A stretch of DNA of 64,000 nucleotides from the IMG/VR virus record IMGVR_UViG_3300038454_000106, positions 37,698 through 101,697 of that record. One strand, 5' to 3'. Origin of the DNA: a virus. A model generated the notes under the pieces. The model ran no database searches, was not told the DNA's origin, and saw only the letters and a list, made by a program, of their open reading frames with translations. Shown one piece after another: positions 51,903 through 61,255 of this stretch. The translations under genes and the position numbers were made by a program. Position 1 is the first letter of the stretch, and each line of letters starts with the position of its first letter.

Positions 51903-52712
51903 CTAGAACCTGCCACGGACGGCGACGTGCGTCGGTCCGGCTTCGAGTTGCAGATCGGGTACGAGCACGAGCCGCACGGTCGCCGCGACGGCCACAGCGC
52001 CGGCACCGACCAGTGCAAGGGTGCCCATGACCGAGCGCGTGTCCGCTCGATCGAGGAGCTGGGCCTGCTCACGCTGTGAGCCCGCATCCGTGTCACGCAG
52101 ACTGCTAGCGCTCAGCTCGAGGCCAAGGCCAACGCCACCGAGCACGACGGCGCCCCCAGCGAGGGACCATCCAAGCGTGTCCTCGTACCAGCGTGGGCGC
52201 GTGGGCTCTCGCCGTCGTGCGCTCGTGAGCGTGGCATCGATGGTGGGATCGACAGGCTCCTGATCGGTCACGGGCGACACGACCGGTTTCTCCTCGGCGG
52301 GGGCGAGTGACGTCGGCGGGCGCGTAGCTGCCACGGTGGCCTTGTCGATCGAGGTCTGGCACGCAGCCACGAAGCCCTTGGCGAGGCCAACACGCTCGGC
52401 TGCCTTCGGGCGATCTTCGACGGCGGCGATGAACCGCCCATAGAGCCAGATCGCCTTGGGACAGTCCCCGGCCATGCGGTAGGCCTGCCCGAGGTTGTAG
52501 AGCCAGACCGCGAGGTCTGGTGCGGCCTGAAGCCCTGCCTCGAATTCGGCAATCGCCTCGTCCCACTTCTGGACGGCGTAGGCCGCACGCCCAGCGCGGA
52601 GATGCCGGATGCTCTCGGCATCCGTCGGCTCAGCGAGCGGGTCAACAGGTTCTGCAACAGCAACAGCAACGCCGCTCGTCAACACGAGCGACACGATGAC
52701 AACGCGCAACAT
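51903..52712 (-). CDS. tetratricopeptide repeat protein (myxobacterial type)
   Basis: signal peptide; AIAEFEAG...WLYNLGQAYRMAG.C.KAI.LY..F; RWYED.LGW plus hydrophobic C-terminus. Confidence 0.85.
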   Translation of the reverse strand: MLRVVIVSLVLTSGVAVAVAEPVDPLAEPTDAESIRHLRAGRAAYAVQKWDEAIAEFEAGLQAAPDLAVWLYNLGQAYRMAGDCPKAIWLYGRFIAAVEDRPKAAERVGLAKGFVAACQTSIDKATVAATRPPTSLAPAEEKPVVSPVTDQEPVDPTIDATLTSARRREPTRPRWYEDTLGWSLAGGAVVLGGVGLGLELSASSLRDTDAGSQREQAQLLDRADTRSVMGTLALVGAGAVAVAATVRLVLVPDLQLEAGPTHVAVRGRF

Positions 52713-53033
52713 CTAGCCCTCCTCTGGCACCGGTAGCTTCTTCGACGTGTTACGGGCGAGCGGCGAGGCCGTGTAGAGACGGCGATCGGACTTGCTCGGC
52801 TCCTTCGGTTTCTTCGACAAGTGCCCCCCATGGCAATGAGCGGCGCATCACCGTAAACTTCGCCGCCAGACCATCATGCGATCGACGATCCGGGTCCCGT
52901 CAAGGCCTAACTAGCTGTCCCGACGGAGATACGATCCAGCGCTCCGGACCGGTAATCACGTTGGGTCCAACCAGTCGTTTGGTAGCGGCCGGCACGTGCT
53001 CCGCGCCAAGAGATCGCCACCACGGACGGGTGA

Positions 53034-53360
53034 TCAGCCGTAACGCTGCACGTGCTCGGCCATCGCGAGGTACCCGTCGAGCGTGGTCGAGTCCACGCTC
53101 CCGATCACCGAGATCGAACCGGGCCCCCTGCACAGGATCAGGAGCGTCGGCGTCGACGTGACGCCGAATCGATCGAGGAAGGCCTGGACGTCTGCGCGCT
53201 CGTCGTCGGCCTTGTAGATGCCAACGGGGATCTCCGGGTTCCGTCGCTGCAGTTTCTCAACGGCCCGACGGAAGCGTGGCTCAAACTCCTCGCACGCGCC
53301 GCACCCGTCAAGTACGACGAGCGCAACGAACACCTTGGCGTTGCTGAGATCCAGAGCCAT
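53034..53360 (-). CDS. thioredoxin-family protein
   Basis: CGAC active site, FGVTSTPTL cis-Pro loop. Confidence 0.8.
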   Translation of the reverse strand: MALDLSNAKVFVALVVLDGCGACEEFEPRFRRAVEKLQRRNPEIPVGIYKADDERADVQAFLDRFGVTSTPTLLILCRGPGSISVIGSVDSTTLDGYLAMAEHVQRYG

Positions 53361-53397
53361 GCAAGGGGGCGTCGGCCCCGATGGAGCGAGGAGCATG

Positions 53398-54309
53398 CTA
53401 TGCGGCCTTCGCCCTCCACGTCGCCGTCGTCGGAGCTGGAAGCACGTCGACGTCGATCCTGGACGTGTCCTCGTCCTCGTCCTCGTCCTCCTCCTCCTCC
53501 TCGGCACCTGTGATCGCGTTGTAGCGAGGGCCGCGCTTGAGATGCAGGTACAGCGCGACGCCAGCGATGGCACCGAGCACACCGAGCCCGAGCAAGCTCC
53601 AGAAGTCCCACTTGCCAGCCATCGCCGTCGGACTGACGTCAACCTGGGGGATCAACTGCAGGCACTTGTCGAAGCACACCTCGTTGGTGTCCTTCACCGT
53701 GCACGAGGCCATGCACTTGTTGCGGGCCTCGTACATCCCGAGCGCAACTTGGGCCTTCTTGTCGATCTCGAGCATCATCCGCTTCTGCTCGCTCTTGGCC
53801 TCGATCGCGTTCGCGAACGCGACCACCGCCGTGAACCCAGCGGCGAAGCCAACACCAGCGACGACGAGGTAGATGATCAGCGGTGCGAGACCGAGCCCGC
53901 TCTTCTGAAAGTCGAAGGTGACGATCTGCGGGTCCATGTAGTTGGGCTCGCTCGTCGATACCGTGAGACTACCTGACGGCAACGGCTGCACCGCAAGGGA
54001 GCCCGCGAGCGGCATGGAGCAGTCGAGGAGTGCGGAGTCCTTGCCGAGCGTTGTCTTCCAGTTGAATAGCGTCGGGCTTGGCGGCAGTGCGGGCAGGCCT
54101 GTGACGCCTTGGGCTCGGAAGAACTCGAGCATCGCCTTCTGGCTCTCGTACACGGCGAGCGCGAGCAGGTTGTAGGTCTTGACGTCCTGGCACGTCGCGG
54201 CGCCTTGGGCGTAGAGGAGCGAGACACTGCGGGCCGCGCGGCGGACCGTGTTCCACGCGTTCTCAACGGCCGTGGTGACCTCCTCGGCGGTCTTCTGGGC
54301 GTCGATCAC
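53398..54309 (-). CDS. two-TM membrane protein with acidic tail, putative virion membrane protein
   Basis: GGGAG SD before GTG 54309; SGLG before the first TM; C..C...C...C cluster; poly-Glu/Asp. Confidence 0.7.
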   Translation of the reverse strand: MIDAQKTAEEVTTAVENAWNTVRRAARSVSLLYAQGAATCQDVKTYNLLALAVYESQKAMLEFFRAQGVTGLPALPPSPTLFNWKTTLGKDSALLDCSMPLAGSLAVQPLPSGSLTVSTSEPNYMDPQIVTFDFQKSGLGLAPLIIYLVVAGVGFAAGFTAVVAFANAIEAKSEQKRMMLEIDKKAQVALGMYEARNKCMASCTVKDTNEVCFDKCLQLIPQVDVSPTAMAGKWDFWSLLGLGVLGAIAGVALYLHLKRGPRYNAITGAEEEEEDEDEDEDTSRIDVDVLPAPTTATWRAKAA

Positions 54310-54390
54310 GTCTAGCTCCCTGTGCCCGTTTACGTACCGAGCGGCCCTATGATGCCACAACGGCGCTTGACTTGCGGTACCTTGGAACCC

Positions 54391-55311
54391 ATGGCCAACA
54401 CAGTTATTTACAACGTCGTTCCCTCGATCGAAGAGGCGCGCCAGCGTGGGCAATCGGTCTGGGATCTCTACCTAGAAGGCTTCTCGTCGGGCGCCAGCGG
54501 GAACGTCTCGATCTACCCAGAAGATGGCCGCCAGGCACTGACGTCGGTCTATGCCATCACGATCGGGAACCGCTCGCATCTCGACCGGTGCTTCGTGCTC
54601 TGGGATCCGCAGGCCACGCTCGCGCCCATCGACTCCGACGATGGCGTGCCGGACTTCATGCGACGTGTGACGACGACCGCCCCATTGATCTTCCCGCAGA
54701 CCGGCAATGTGGGCCCGACGTCGATCGTCGTCGCAACGCCACCTAGGCTGGGCGCCATTCGTGTCGCGGGCGATCCCGCAGACTTCATCCGCAACTTTGC
54801 GACGCAGTTGAACCGGATCGACAAGGACGTCGTCTTTCGGCCAGTCAGCTACATCCCTGTTGGCGGCGCAGAGGTTGTGATCGACTGGGACGTTGCGCCG
54901 AATATTACAATCGCCCCAGTCCTGCATCTTCAGTTCTATCTGCAGCCACCGAACCAGGTGCCCTATGGGCGTGCGCCCTATCGGCAGTGGAATGGGCGCG
55001 AGATCAATCTCGCTGCCGAGACCTTGATCCTCATGTGCGCGATCCACGGACGGCGTCTGGTTCGCGTGGAGGTGACGACGGACGATGCCCTAGTGACTGA
55101 CGCGACCGTGCGAGTTGGCGCGTTCAGCCCGATCGCGGAGGACCCGGTGGCCTTCATCCCGCGAGAATTCACCATTGCCACCGGCGCCATCGTCTCGAGT
55201 GCGCCCGCGAGTATCCTCATCACGAATCCGGTGGCAGACTGGCTTACCGTCTATGCGACGTCGACCAGCGGTGTCGGCAACGTGAACGTGAAGGTTTACG
55301 CCATCGACTAG
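54391..55311 (+). CDS. beta-rich putative structural (spike/vertex) protein
   Basis: TACCTT 7 nt before ATG; alternating hydrophobic strands, C-terminal VNVKVYAID. Confidence 0.6.
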   Translation: MANTVIYNVVPSIEEARQRGQSVWDLYLEGFSSGASGNVSIYPEDGRQALTSVYAITIGNRSHLDRCFVLWDPQATLAPIDSDDGVPDFMRRVTTTAPLIFPQTGNVGPTSIVVATPPRLGAIRVAGDPADFIRNFATQLNRIDKDVVFRPVSYIPVGGAEVVIDWDVAPNITIAPVLHLQFYLQPPNQVPYGRAPYRQWNGREINLAAETLILMCAIHGRRLVRVEVTTDDALVTDATVRVGAFSPIAEDPVAFIPREFTIATGAIVSSAPASILITNPVADWLTVYATSTSGVGNVNVKVYAID

Positions 55312-56066
55312 CTCCGGGCCCAACGATGGTGAGCTGCGATGCCCGTGGCGAGTAGTGCGATGGCACCAAGGACCGCCAGCCCGGTCCGTGGCCAGTCAAT
55401 GGGCACCGTCGGTAGCGGGGCTGGCTTGGGCTCGCCAGGCGTGGTCGATGGCTGGCCGCTGGCAACTGCATCGGCGCGCGACAGGAGCCATTGGCCCTGC
55501 TCGCGCACGATCGCATCATCGGCGAGGATCGCGGCCTGGGCGAGCGCGCGGACTCGTGGGTCATAGGCGTGGAGGATGCGATCGGGCAGCCCCAACAGCA
55601 GCGCGATCATGGCGCCAGCTTGGATCTGCGGCGTGGCACCCGCCTCGGCGAGATCCATGACGGCCTCCTCGATCCCAGTGAGGTCCGAGAAGGTCGCGGC
55701 GTAGAGCCAGCCAACGAGCAGGTTGGGGTCCTTCTCGACGCGCAGGGCCCAGCGGAGGACGTGCAAGTCCTCACCGAACAGGTGCCGAGCTGTGCCGGGC
55801 CGCTCGCTGGTCTCGAGGAGCGCGGTGAGTCCCTTGAGGCCTACGGTCCGCTCATGGGTCGACTCGAGGAGGTACGGTACCGTCACCAGCGGCACGCCAG
55901 GGAGGTGGACGAGGCAGCCGGTCGGCTCGTCCTGGTAGTAGGCCAGGAACGCATGGGCGACGATCGTGGCTTGCGCGAGCGTGTAGGGGGGCTCGCGCAA
56001 GCTGCCCGACATGCCGAGAGGAAGCTGGTCCATCCACGCCTGAGTGCGTGTGCAGGCGTCGCCCAT
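55308..56066 (-). CDS. C-terminally anchored membrane protein
   Basis: Pro linker plus TM; downstream of the capsid-like genes. Confidence 0.65.
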   Translation of the reverse strand: MGDACTRTQAWMDQLPLGMSGSLREPPYTLAQATIVAHAFLAYYQDEPTGCLVHLPGVPLVTVPYLLESTHERTVGLKGLTALLETSERPGTARHLFGEDLHVLRWALRVEKDPNLLVGWLYAATFSDLTGIEEAVMDLAEAGATPQIQAGAMIALLLGLPDRILHAYDPRVRALAQAAILADDAIVREQGQWLLSRADAVASGQPSTTPGEPKPAPLPTVPIDWPRTGLAVLGAIALLATGIAAHHRWARS

Positions 56067-56069
56067 GAC

Positions 56070-56387
56070 TCATGACTCCGCGAATTGCAGCGGAAAGGCC
56101 TTGCTCGCGGCGACGGAGACTGAGCCACCCGCACCCACGCCAGCGCAGTACAGGACGTCATTCGGCTCGAGGACGAAGACATCCGATCGGTCCGCCGGCA
56201 GGAAGTAGGAGTCAAGCACTGACTGCGACGAGATCAGTGCGTTGGCCGAGTACGAGATGAACACGCCACCAGGTCCATTGTTGCGGACCATGGCGCGCAC
56301 AGGTCCGCGGACCGTGGCACTGGCGAGCCGCGAAGGGCTCGCCGTGCCGACGGCATTGACGGTGACCGTCTTGGTGTTGGCCGCCAT
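56070..56387 (-). CDS. putative penton or minor capsid protein (single jelly roll)
   Basis: 105 aa all-beta pattern (MVRNNG...VFIS...YFL....DVFVL....VLY), directly after the MCP candidates; GAGGTG SD. Confidence 0.5.
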   Translation of the reverse strand: MAANTKTVTVNAVGTASPSRLASATVRGPVRAMVRNNGPGGVFISYSANALISSQSVLDSYFLPADRSDVFVLEPNDVLYCAGVGAGGSVSVAASKAFPLQFAES

Positions 56388-56396
56388 GGCGTCACC

Positions 56397-56900
56397 TCAC
56401 CGTGAGTCGCTGGGCGCCGCGATCTGGATCAGGAAGCCCTGCCAGTTCAGCTCGATCTTGAGACTCGTCACCGTGGCCACGAGGCTTGCGGGCTCGGCCA
56501 GGGTGGTGACTGCGATCTGGAAGCCACCCGAGTTGGGCAGCGTGTAGGGCTCAGCCAGCTCCCACGTGCGCTCCGACGTACCCTTGACCATGTCACGGAT
56601 CAACGTCGGCGCCTTCGTGAACTTCTGGTCCGTGCGGAAGTCGAGGATGTCGAGCCGCACGAGCGCCTGCAGCGTGTCCTGATCGGGCTGCGTGCCGAGC
56701 AGGAGCTGGTTGTTGTCCAGGGCAGCCACGCGGGGCAGCAGCCGATGGATCTCGAACGGCTTGTCTACCTGGTTGGTAAACACGACATCCGGGAACGTGA
56801 CGCCATTCTGGGAGAAGCCAATCACCAGCTCGGCCGGCATGTTGTACGGAAACCGAGCCGTGATCTTCTGCCCCGCGAAGGTGTCGGGCAATCTCCCCAT
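56397..56900 (-). CDS. putative small major capsid protein (single jelly roll)
   Basis: 167 aa; beta pattern DKPFEIHRL, VRLDILD, LAEPYTLP..GGFQIAV, IELNWQG. Confidence 0.55.
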   Translation of the reverse strand: MGRLPDTFAGQKITARFPYNMPAELVIGFSQNGVTFPDVVFTNQVDKPFEIHRLLPRVAALDNNQLLLGTQPDQDTLQALVRLDILDFRTDQKFTKAPTLIRDMVKGTSERTWELAEPYTLPNSGGFQIAVTTLAEPASLVATVTSLKIELNWQGFLIQIAAPSDSR

Positions 56901-57061
56901 AAATTACACCGCCTCGACCCCCCGTGATCATTCTTGAGGGCCGCGAAGGGTTGTTGTGGTGGTCTCTCTCGAGACCGATATCAAGGGGAGGCCGAACCCT
57001 CCCAATGGGACGTCCGATCGCATTGTCCGCTGTGCGGGCGACGCGTCCGGGATCTGGATCC

Positions 57062-57769
57062 TCAGACCACGGGTCGCTTGATCAACCCTACCTTCTCGAC
57101 CTTGAAGTCCATGAACGTCAGGGCGACGCCGCCATCCGAGGCGGCCTGGCTGATCACCAGCGCTGCCTCTGGGAACATCGCCATCTTGTAGCCCAGGTTC
57201 TCTTGCTCGAGGATCGGCAGCACCATCGACCAGCGGTCACGCGGGCTCGGCACACCGTTCTGCGCCAGCTCGAAGTCGCCAGTGGTGGCGAACACGTTCC
57301 AGCCGTGGCCCTGGGGGTAGTTCTGCATGACCCCCTGCGAGTAGATCTTCTCGCGGTACTCGTACTGCAGGAAGGTCACGCGATCGACGCTGAACAGCGT
57401 CTGCAGACGCACCGGGTTCGACAGCGCGCCTGCACCGTCGGCGAGCACCGGCTGGGTCTGTCCGGTCGGCGGACGCGTGACGCGGACCGCCTTGCACGCG
57501 ATCGTGTAGACCAGCATCGAGAACGCCTGCGGCAGTCCGTTCGGACCCGGGCGTGGGATGTTGGTATCGACACGCGTCATGGTGCGCGTGCCACCGGGGA
57601 TCTGCTGCGAGCGGCCGGCGGAGAACGCCTCGACGGGGGTTCCCTGACCGTTGGAGAGCTGGACCGTGCCGTAGTAGCGGTCATCGATCCAGTCCGCCAG
57701 CTCGATGACGGTTCCGTCCGCGAGGGCGAGAGTTGAGGTTCCTGGGGCTACACCGACAGTTCCAACCAC
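57062..57769 (-). CDS. putative large major capsid protein (single jelly roll)
   Basis: 235 aa; YYGTV..F....Q....T..DTN...G.LP..F.M.V..I N-terminus and LPI...N..Y...KVE.VGLIKRPV C-terminus, as recalled for vertical single-jelly-roll MCPs; AGGAG SD. Confidence 0.6.
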   Translation of the reverse strand: MVGTVGVAPGTSTLALADGTVIELADWIDDRYYGTVQLSNGQGTPVEAFSAGRSQQIPGGTRTMTRVDTNIPRPGPNGLPQAFSMLVYTIACKAVRVTRPPTGQTQPVLADGAGALSNPVRLQTLFSVDRVTFLQYEYREKIYSQGVMQNYPQGHGWNVFATTGDFELAQNGVPSPRDRWSMVLPILEQENLGYKMAMFPEAALVISQAASDGGVALTFMDFKVEKVGLIKRPVV

Positions 57770-57836
57770 GGGTCACTCCTGAAGGAGGTTGCAAGGAGGG
57801 CTCGTGAAACCCTCGGATGGCGCCGTCGGCAGTGGC

Positions 57837-58418
57837 TCAGTGCGCGCTGAAGAGGTTGGCACCGTAGGCGGAAGCGAGACCATGAGGAGCCTGCAGCGTC
57901 GGGCCGGCGAGCATCTGGGCCTGCATGCCCAGCGCGCTGCCACCCCCGAGCAGGTTGATCGGCGGACCGAGCGCAGCCGACTGCGCGACGCCAGCGACAC
58001 CGGGCACCGTGCCGTAGGAGGATGGTGTCGGGATCACGGTCGCGACGCCGAGCCCGCCGTTGAGATAGTTGACCTGCGGAAGGCCAAGCTGATTCACGAC
58101 GGGCACGCCGAACGCGCCCATGAACGAGCCCTTGGTGAGCTTGTTCTCGATGGCACCGACGCCAACGGCGAGAAGTCCACCGAGCACAGCGCCCGCGCCC
58201 GCACCATGCGTGTCCGGTCCCATCGCGTAGAGCACGCCTCCCGAAAGCGCCGCCAGACCAAGTCCGATGTAGAGCGCTTTGTCCGCCACAGAGGGGATGA
58301 ACTTGGATCCGATGTAGCCGGCTGCTGAGGCACCACCACCGATGGCCAGACCCCACAGGGGATTCAGACCGACCGTGCGGCCGAAGTCATCGATACCGAG
58401 CAGGTTGACGTGCGCCAT
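57837..58418 (-). CDS. three-TM membrane protein upstream of the MCP
   Basis: three hydrophobic helices; repeated LLG/AFG/QLG/GLG/ALG/LAG motifs; GAGGAG SD. Confidence 0.7.
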   Translation of the reverse strand: MAHVNLLGIDDFGRTVGLNPLWGLAIGGGASAAGYIGSKFIPSVADKALYIGLGLAALSGGVLYAMGPDTHGAGAGAVLGGLLAVGVGAIENKLTKGSFMGAFGVPVVNQLGLPQVNYLNGGLGVATVIPTPSSYGTVPGVAGVAQSAALGPPINLLGGGSALGMQAQMLAGPTLQAPHGLASAYGANLFSAH

Positions 58419-58447
58419 GACTTTGAATTGCTCCTCTGGTGGGCGGC

Positions 58448-58618
58448 CTAGCAGCGACCCTCGAACTTGCGACCGTTCCTGTGATCAGGAGACTTTGGCA
58501 CCACACACACCTTCACGCGTTGACGAGTACGGGGATTGAAGGTGCACCAGCACGTGCCGATCGGTTTCTCATCTGGTTGATAGGCGGAGAGCGACTTGTC
58601 GCGTCGCCGACGCGGCAT
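58448..58618 (-). CDS. small basic Cys-rich protein
   Basis: MPRRRR...CWC...C...C; TGATG coupling. Confidence 0.55.
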   Translation of the reverse strand: MPRRRRDKSLSAYQPDEKPIGTCWCTFNPRTRQRVKVCVVPKSPDHRNGRKFEGRC

Positions 58619-59193
58619 CAAGAACCTCGAGACCACGTCCAGCCCGGGGACTGCACGGAGGTGAACGGGTACATATCGGCGGCTTGTGCGCGAGCACCGA
58701 CCATGCCTCCGATGCGATCGTCGATGAGGTGACGGGAAAGCGCCACCGGAGCATAGGCGATCGGAGTCATGGCCGCCGCTGCCGACGCTGCTGGATTGAG
58801 CACCGGCGGGAACACCTTGGCACCTTGGGTGACCGCCCGCATCGAGATCGCGAGGGCGGCTTGCTCTTGGCGATTGAACTGCGGTGCATTGGCCGTCGGG
58901 ATCGCCATCGAGGTCTGGTCACCATAGAGACCCGACATTCCGCTCCGGCGCAGGGCGGCCTTCATGCGCTGCTTGGCGGCCCAGAGCTTGATGCGCTCGA
59001 TGACGCCGACAGGGCGATCGCCAAACCCGCCACTCTGCAGCGCGTCCTGAACCCGAGGTTGCCAGATCGCCGTGAATCGCGCAGCGACCTCCTGCGCATT
59101 CATCACGGGCTGGTATCCCGGAATGGCCGTGAGGACACCCGTATACATGACCGCGTCGGGTCGAATCAGGTGCAGCTCCTCACCATGGCGCAT
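58618..59193 (-). CDS. hypothetical protein, putative virion component
   Basis: TAGAGT 7 nt before ATG 59193; GGFG, GMSGLYG motifs. Confidence 0.65.
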   Translation of the reverse strand: MRHGEELHLIRPDAVMYTGVLTAIPGYQPVMNAQEVAARFTAIWQPRVQDALQSGGFGDRPVGVIERIKLWAAKQRMKAALRRSGMSGLYGDQTSMAIPTANAPQFNRQEQAALAISMRAVTQGAKVFPPVLNPAASAAAAMTPIAYAPVALSRHLIDDRIGGMVGARAQAADMYPFTSVQSPGWTWSRGS

Positions 59194-59305
59194 GGCGATC
59201 ACTCTAGGAGTGTCTGCTCAGTAGTTCAACACTCGTCGTGAGTACCGTTGCCGTCCCGAGCAAGCTAGTGATGCAACGGCTGTCAAAGCATGCCAAGCTT
59301 GCTCA

Positions 59306-59491
59306 GTGAAGCTCTACCGACTCGATGAAGTCGCCGCCCAGCTCGGTGTCTCGGTAACTACGATCCGCCGATTGCTCGCGTGCGGGAAGCTCGCGCACGT
59401 GCGAGTTGGCGGTCAGAACCGGATCCGCGATGTCGACGTGGCCGCCTTCATCACAACCAACACTTCGAGTGCGCCACGAGTCCGGCGCTAG
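59306..59491 (+). CDS. excisionase-like HTH_17 (MerR-type) DNA-binding protein
   Basis: LYRLDEVAAQLGVSVTTIRRLL..GKL..VRVGGQ.RI...DV..FI. Confidence 0.85.
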   Translation: MKLYRLDEVAAQLGVSVTTIRRLLACGKLAHVRVGGQNRIRDVDVAAFITTNTSSAPRVRR

Positions 59492-59796
59492 AGCTTGCGC
59501 CAGACGCTGAAGGCGAGGAGGGCTGCACCCGCGAGGCCGAGATACCATCGGTTCTCGTAGAGCCAGCCTCCGGCGCGAAACCAGTCGGTGACGCCGTCGA
59601 TCTGTCCACTGGTACGGAGCTGCTCGACCTGCTGCGGTCCCAGCGTGCTGCGAGCGGAGTTGACCATGACGTACCCGAGTCCGTTCATGGCCTGCTGCCA
59701 GGCGGCCGACGACGGCACGAACCGGTTGAGCCTCGGGTTGAGATTCGGATCCGACGAGAACTGCCAGGTTGGGATGATGCCGAACGGCCCGTTCAT
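59488..59796 (-). CDS. small membrane protein
   Basis: MNGLG and IDG motifs; C-terminal TM. Confidence 0.65.
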   Translation of the reverse strand: MNGPFGIIPTWQFSSDPNLNPRLNRFVPSSAAWQQAMNGLGYVMVNSARSTLGPQQVEQLRTSGQIDGVTDWFRAGGWLYENRWYLGLAGAALLAFSVWRKL

Positions 59797-59797
59797 A

Positions 59798-60031
59798 CTA
59801 GGGAGCCTTTCGGACGTGGTGTGGCAACGTTGCATAGTACTTGCCACCGACCGTGACGACGACGACCTGGCTGCCGTCGATGCTGCGCGTCCCGACGCGA
59901 CGCCCACACAGCCTCTTGGACGACATGATCAACTCCCAGCGCTCCGACGAGCTGCCACGCCAGTTGCGCTTTCCCTCATACTCGTAGATGTAGCCATCGC
60001 CGAGACACACGCGACCGCTTCGCTTCACCAT
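59798..60031 (-). CDS. hypothetical protein
   Basis: AGGAG SD, 77 aa. Confidence 0.55.
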   Translation of the reverse strand: MVKRSGRVCLGDGYIYEYEGKRNWRGSSSERWELIMSSKRLCGRRVGTRSIDGSQVVVVTVGGKYYATLPHHVRKAP

Positions 60032-60216
60032 GGACTCCTGCTCCCTGTGAGTTGCTTCTGAGACCGCAGGGTCATCCACAACGAGATGCCCGCGCCCAGC
60101 AAGGCAACGATGGAGATGCCGAATGAAAAGCCCGCTAGGTTCCACTTCGCGACCGGCCTGACCGACTTGGGTCGCCGCTTGAGGTTGACGGTCTCGCGTT
60201 CAGAGGTCTCGGCCAT
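60025..60216 (-). CDS. small membrane protein
   Basis: GAGG SD; single TM. Confidence 0.55.
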   Translation of the reverse strand: MAETSERETVNLKRRPKSVRPVAKWNLAGFSFGISIVALLGAGISLWMTLRSQKQLTGSRSPW

Positions 60217-60223
60217 GGTCGCC

Positions 60224-60478
60224 TCACTTCTTTGGCTTGCCGTAGCCTTCCCAGAACGCGACGGCGGGCGTGATGATCGGAAATACGTAGCCGAGCACAA
60301 ACCATCCGACGCCCCACCCGACGGACCCGTTGTTGCGATGGTAACCGTGGTAGCCGGACACGAGCCCGGAGACGGTACCGACGACACCCCAGAAGCTCAG
60401 GCCAGGGATCGTCAAGCCGAGCTGGGAGTCGCCGACCATTCGGGAACTAGGACGTGGATAAGGCATCATGTGCGGCAT
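60224..60478 (-). CDS. small two-TM membrane protein
   Basis: YHGYHRNN.SVGW.VGW...G..FP....A...GYGK. Confidence 0.65.
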   Translation of the reverse strand: MPHMMPYPRPSSRMVGDSQLGLTIPGLSFWGVVGTVSGLVSGYHGYHRNNGSVGWGVGWFVLGYVFPIITPAVAFWEGYGKPKK

Positions 60479-60487
60479 GCTTGCCCC

Positions 60488-61168
60488 TCAGGCATCGAAG
60501 TCAGCGTGCTTGGCGTAGGGGGCCTCGAGCCCGAACCGTCGGCCCGGGAGAGTCGAGTCGAGGGCGACCCACTTTGTCGGTGCGTACTTCGGCAAACCCG
60601 CCATCACGTAGATATGGGACCAGTCCCCTCGCTTTGAGGTCGCCGTGACTCGAAGCCGGGGCTCGATGCCGTTCAAGGAGAGTAGCGTGGCCAGCAGAAT
60701 CGACTGATCATCGCAGTCCCCTGCGCCCATGGACCACGTGTTCCAGCCCGTCTGATAGTAGTCGATGGAATCCTTGGGCCCGTTGCGGCCATGCTTGATC
60801 GGCGCGACGTCGCCGGAGTAGCGGACCCGAGCCTTGACCGCGTTGTAGATGGCTTTCGCCTCGCACAGCCCGTCTCGCTCGGGACACGCCCGAACAGCAT
60901 CGGCGGCGATCGACTTCATCCTCGGATCTGATACTGACTTGAAGACCTGATCTTGGATGATCCCGATCCGCTCCTGGATCGACATTCGGTGAGTGCGGAA
61001 GAGTTGAGTCATGCCGTTGCCAGCATGCGTCACCTGCACCGGATTCGGACGCGGCATTGGACCAGGCGCGTAGTAGCCGAGTGGGGATCGTCCCTTCCAT
61101 GCCCACGCCAACGCCCCTAGCGCGGCAATACCGCCCACGCCAAGGAGCACCTTGGTCGAGGTCTTCAC
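60488..61168 (-). CDS. membrane-anchored transglutaminase-like (Cys-His-Asp) enzyme, candidate maturation protease
   Basis: N-terminal TM; IYN.VK..VRY..D, GDCDD, HIY, WVALD. Confidence 0.85.
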   Translation of the reverse strand: MKTSTKVLLGVGGIAALGALAWAWKGRSPLGYYAPGPMPRPNPVQVTHAGNGMTQLFRTHRMSIQERIGIIQDQVFKSVSDPRMKSIAADAVRACPERDGLCEAKAIYNAVKARVRYSGDVAPIKHGRNGPKDSIDYYQTGWNTWSMGAGDCDDQSILLATLLSLNGIEPRLRVTATSKRGDWSHIYVMAGLPKYAPTKWVALDSTLPGRRFGLEAPYAKHADFDA

Positions 61169-61255
61169 GAGTCCACGCTAGCACGAGACGTCAACGCAAC
61201 TCGAGCAAACGTGTTGACTAGCGGAGCGCTGGTGTTCTATGCGACCCTCTCCGGC

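Noticed and set aside
45814-52712. Host chromosome flank marking a prophage boundary
   Set aside because: Virus-type genes occur on both sides and within the block, and no att repeat or housekeeping gene was seen; kept as a cargo hypothesis instead
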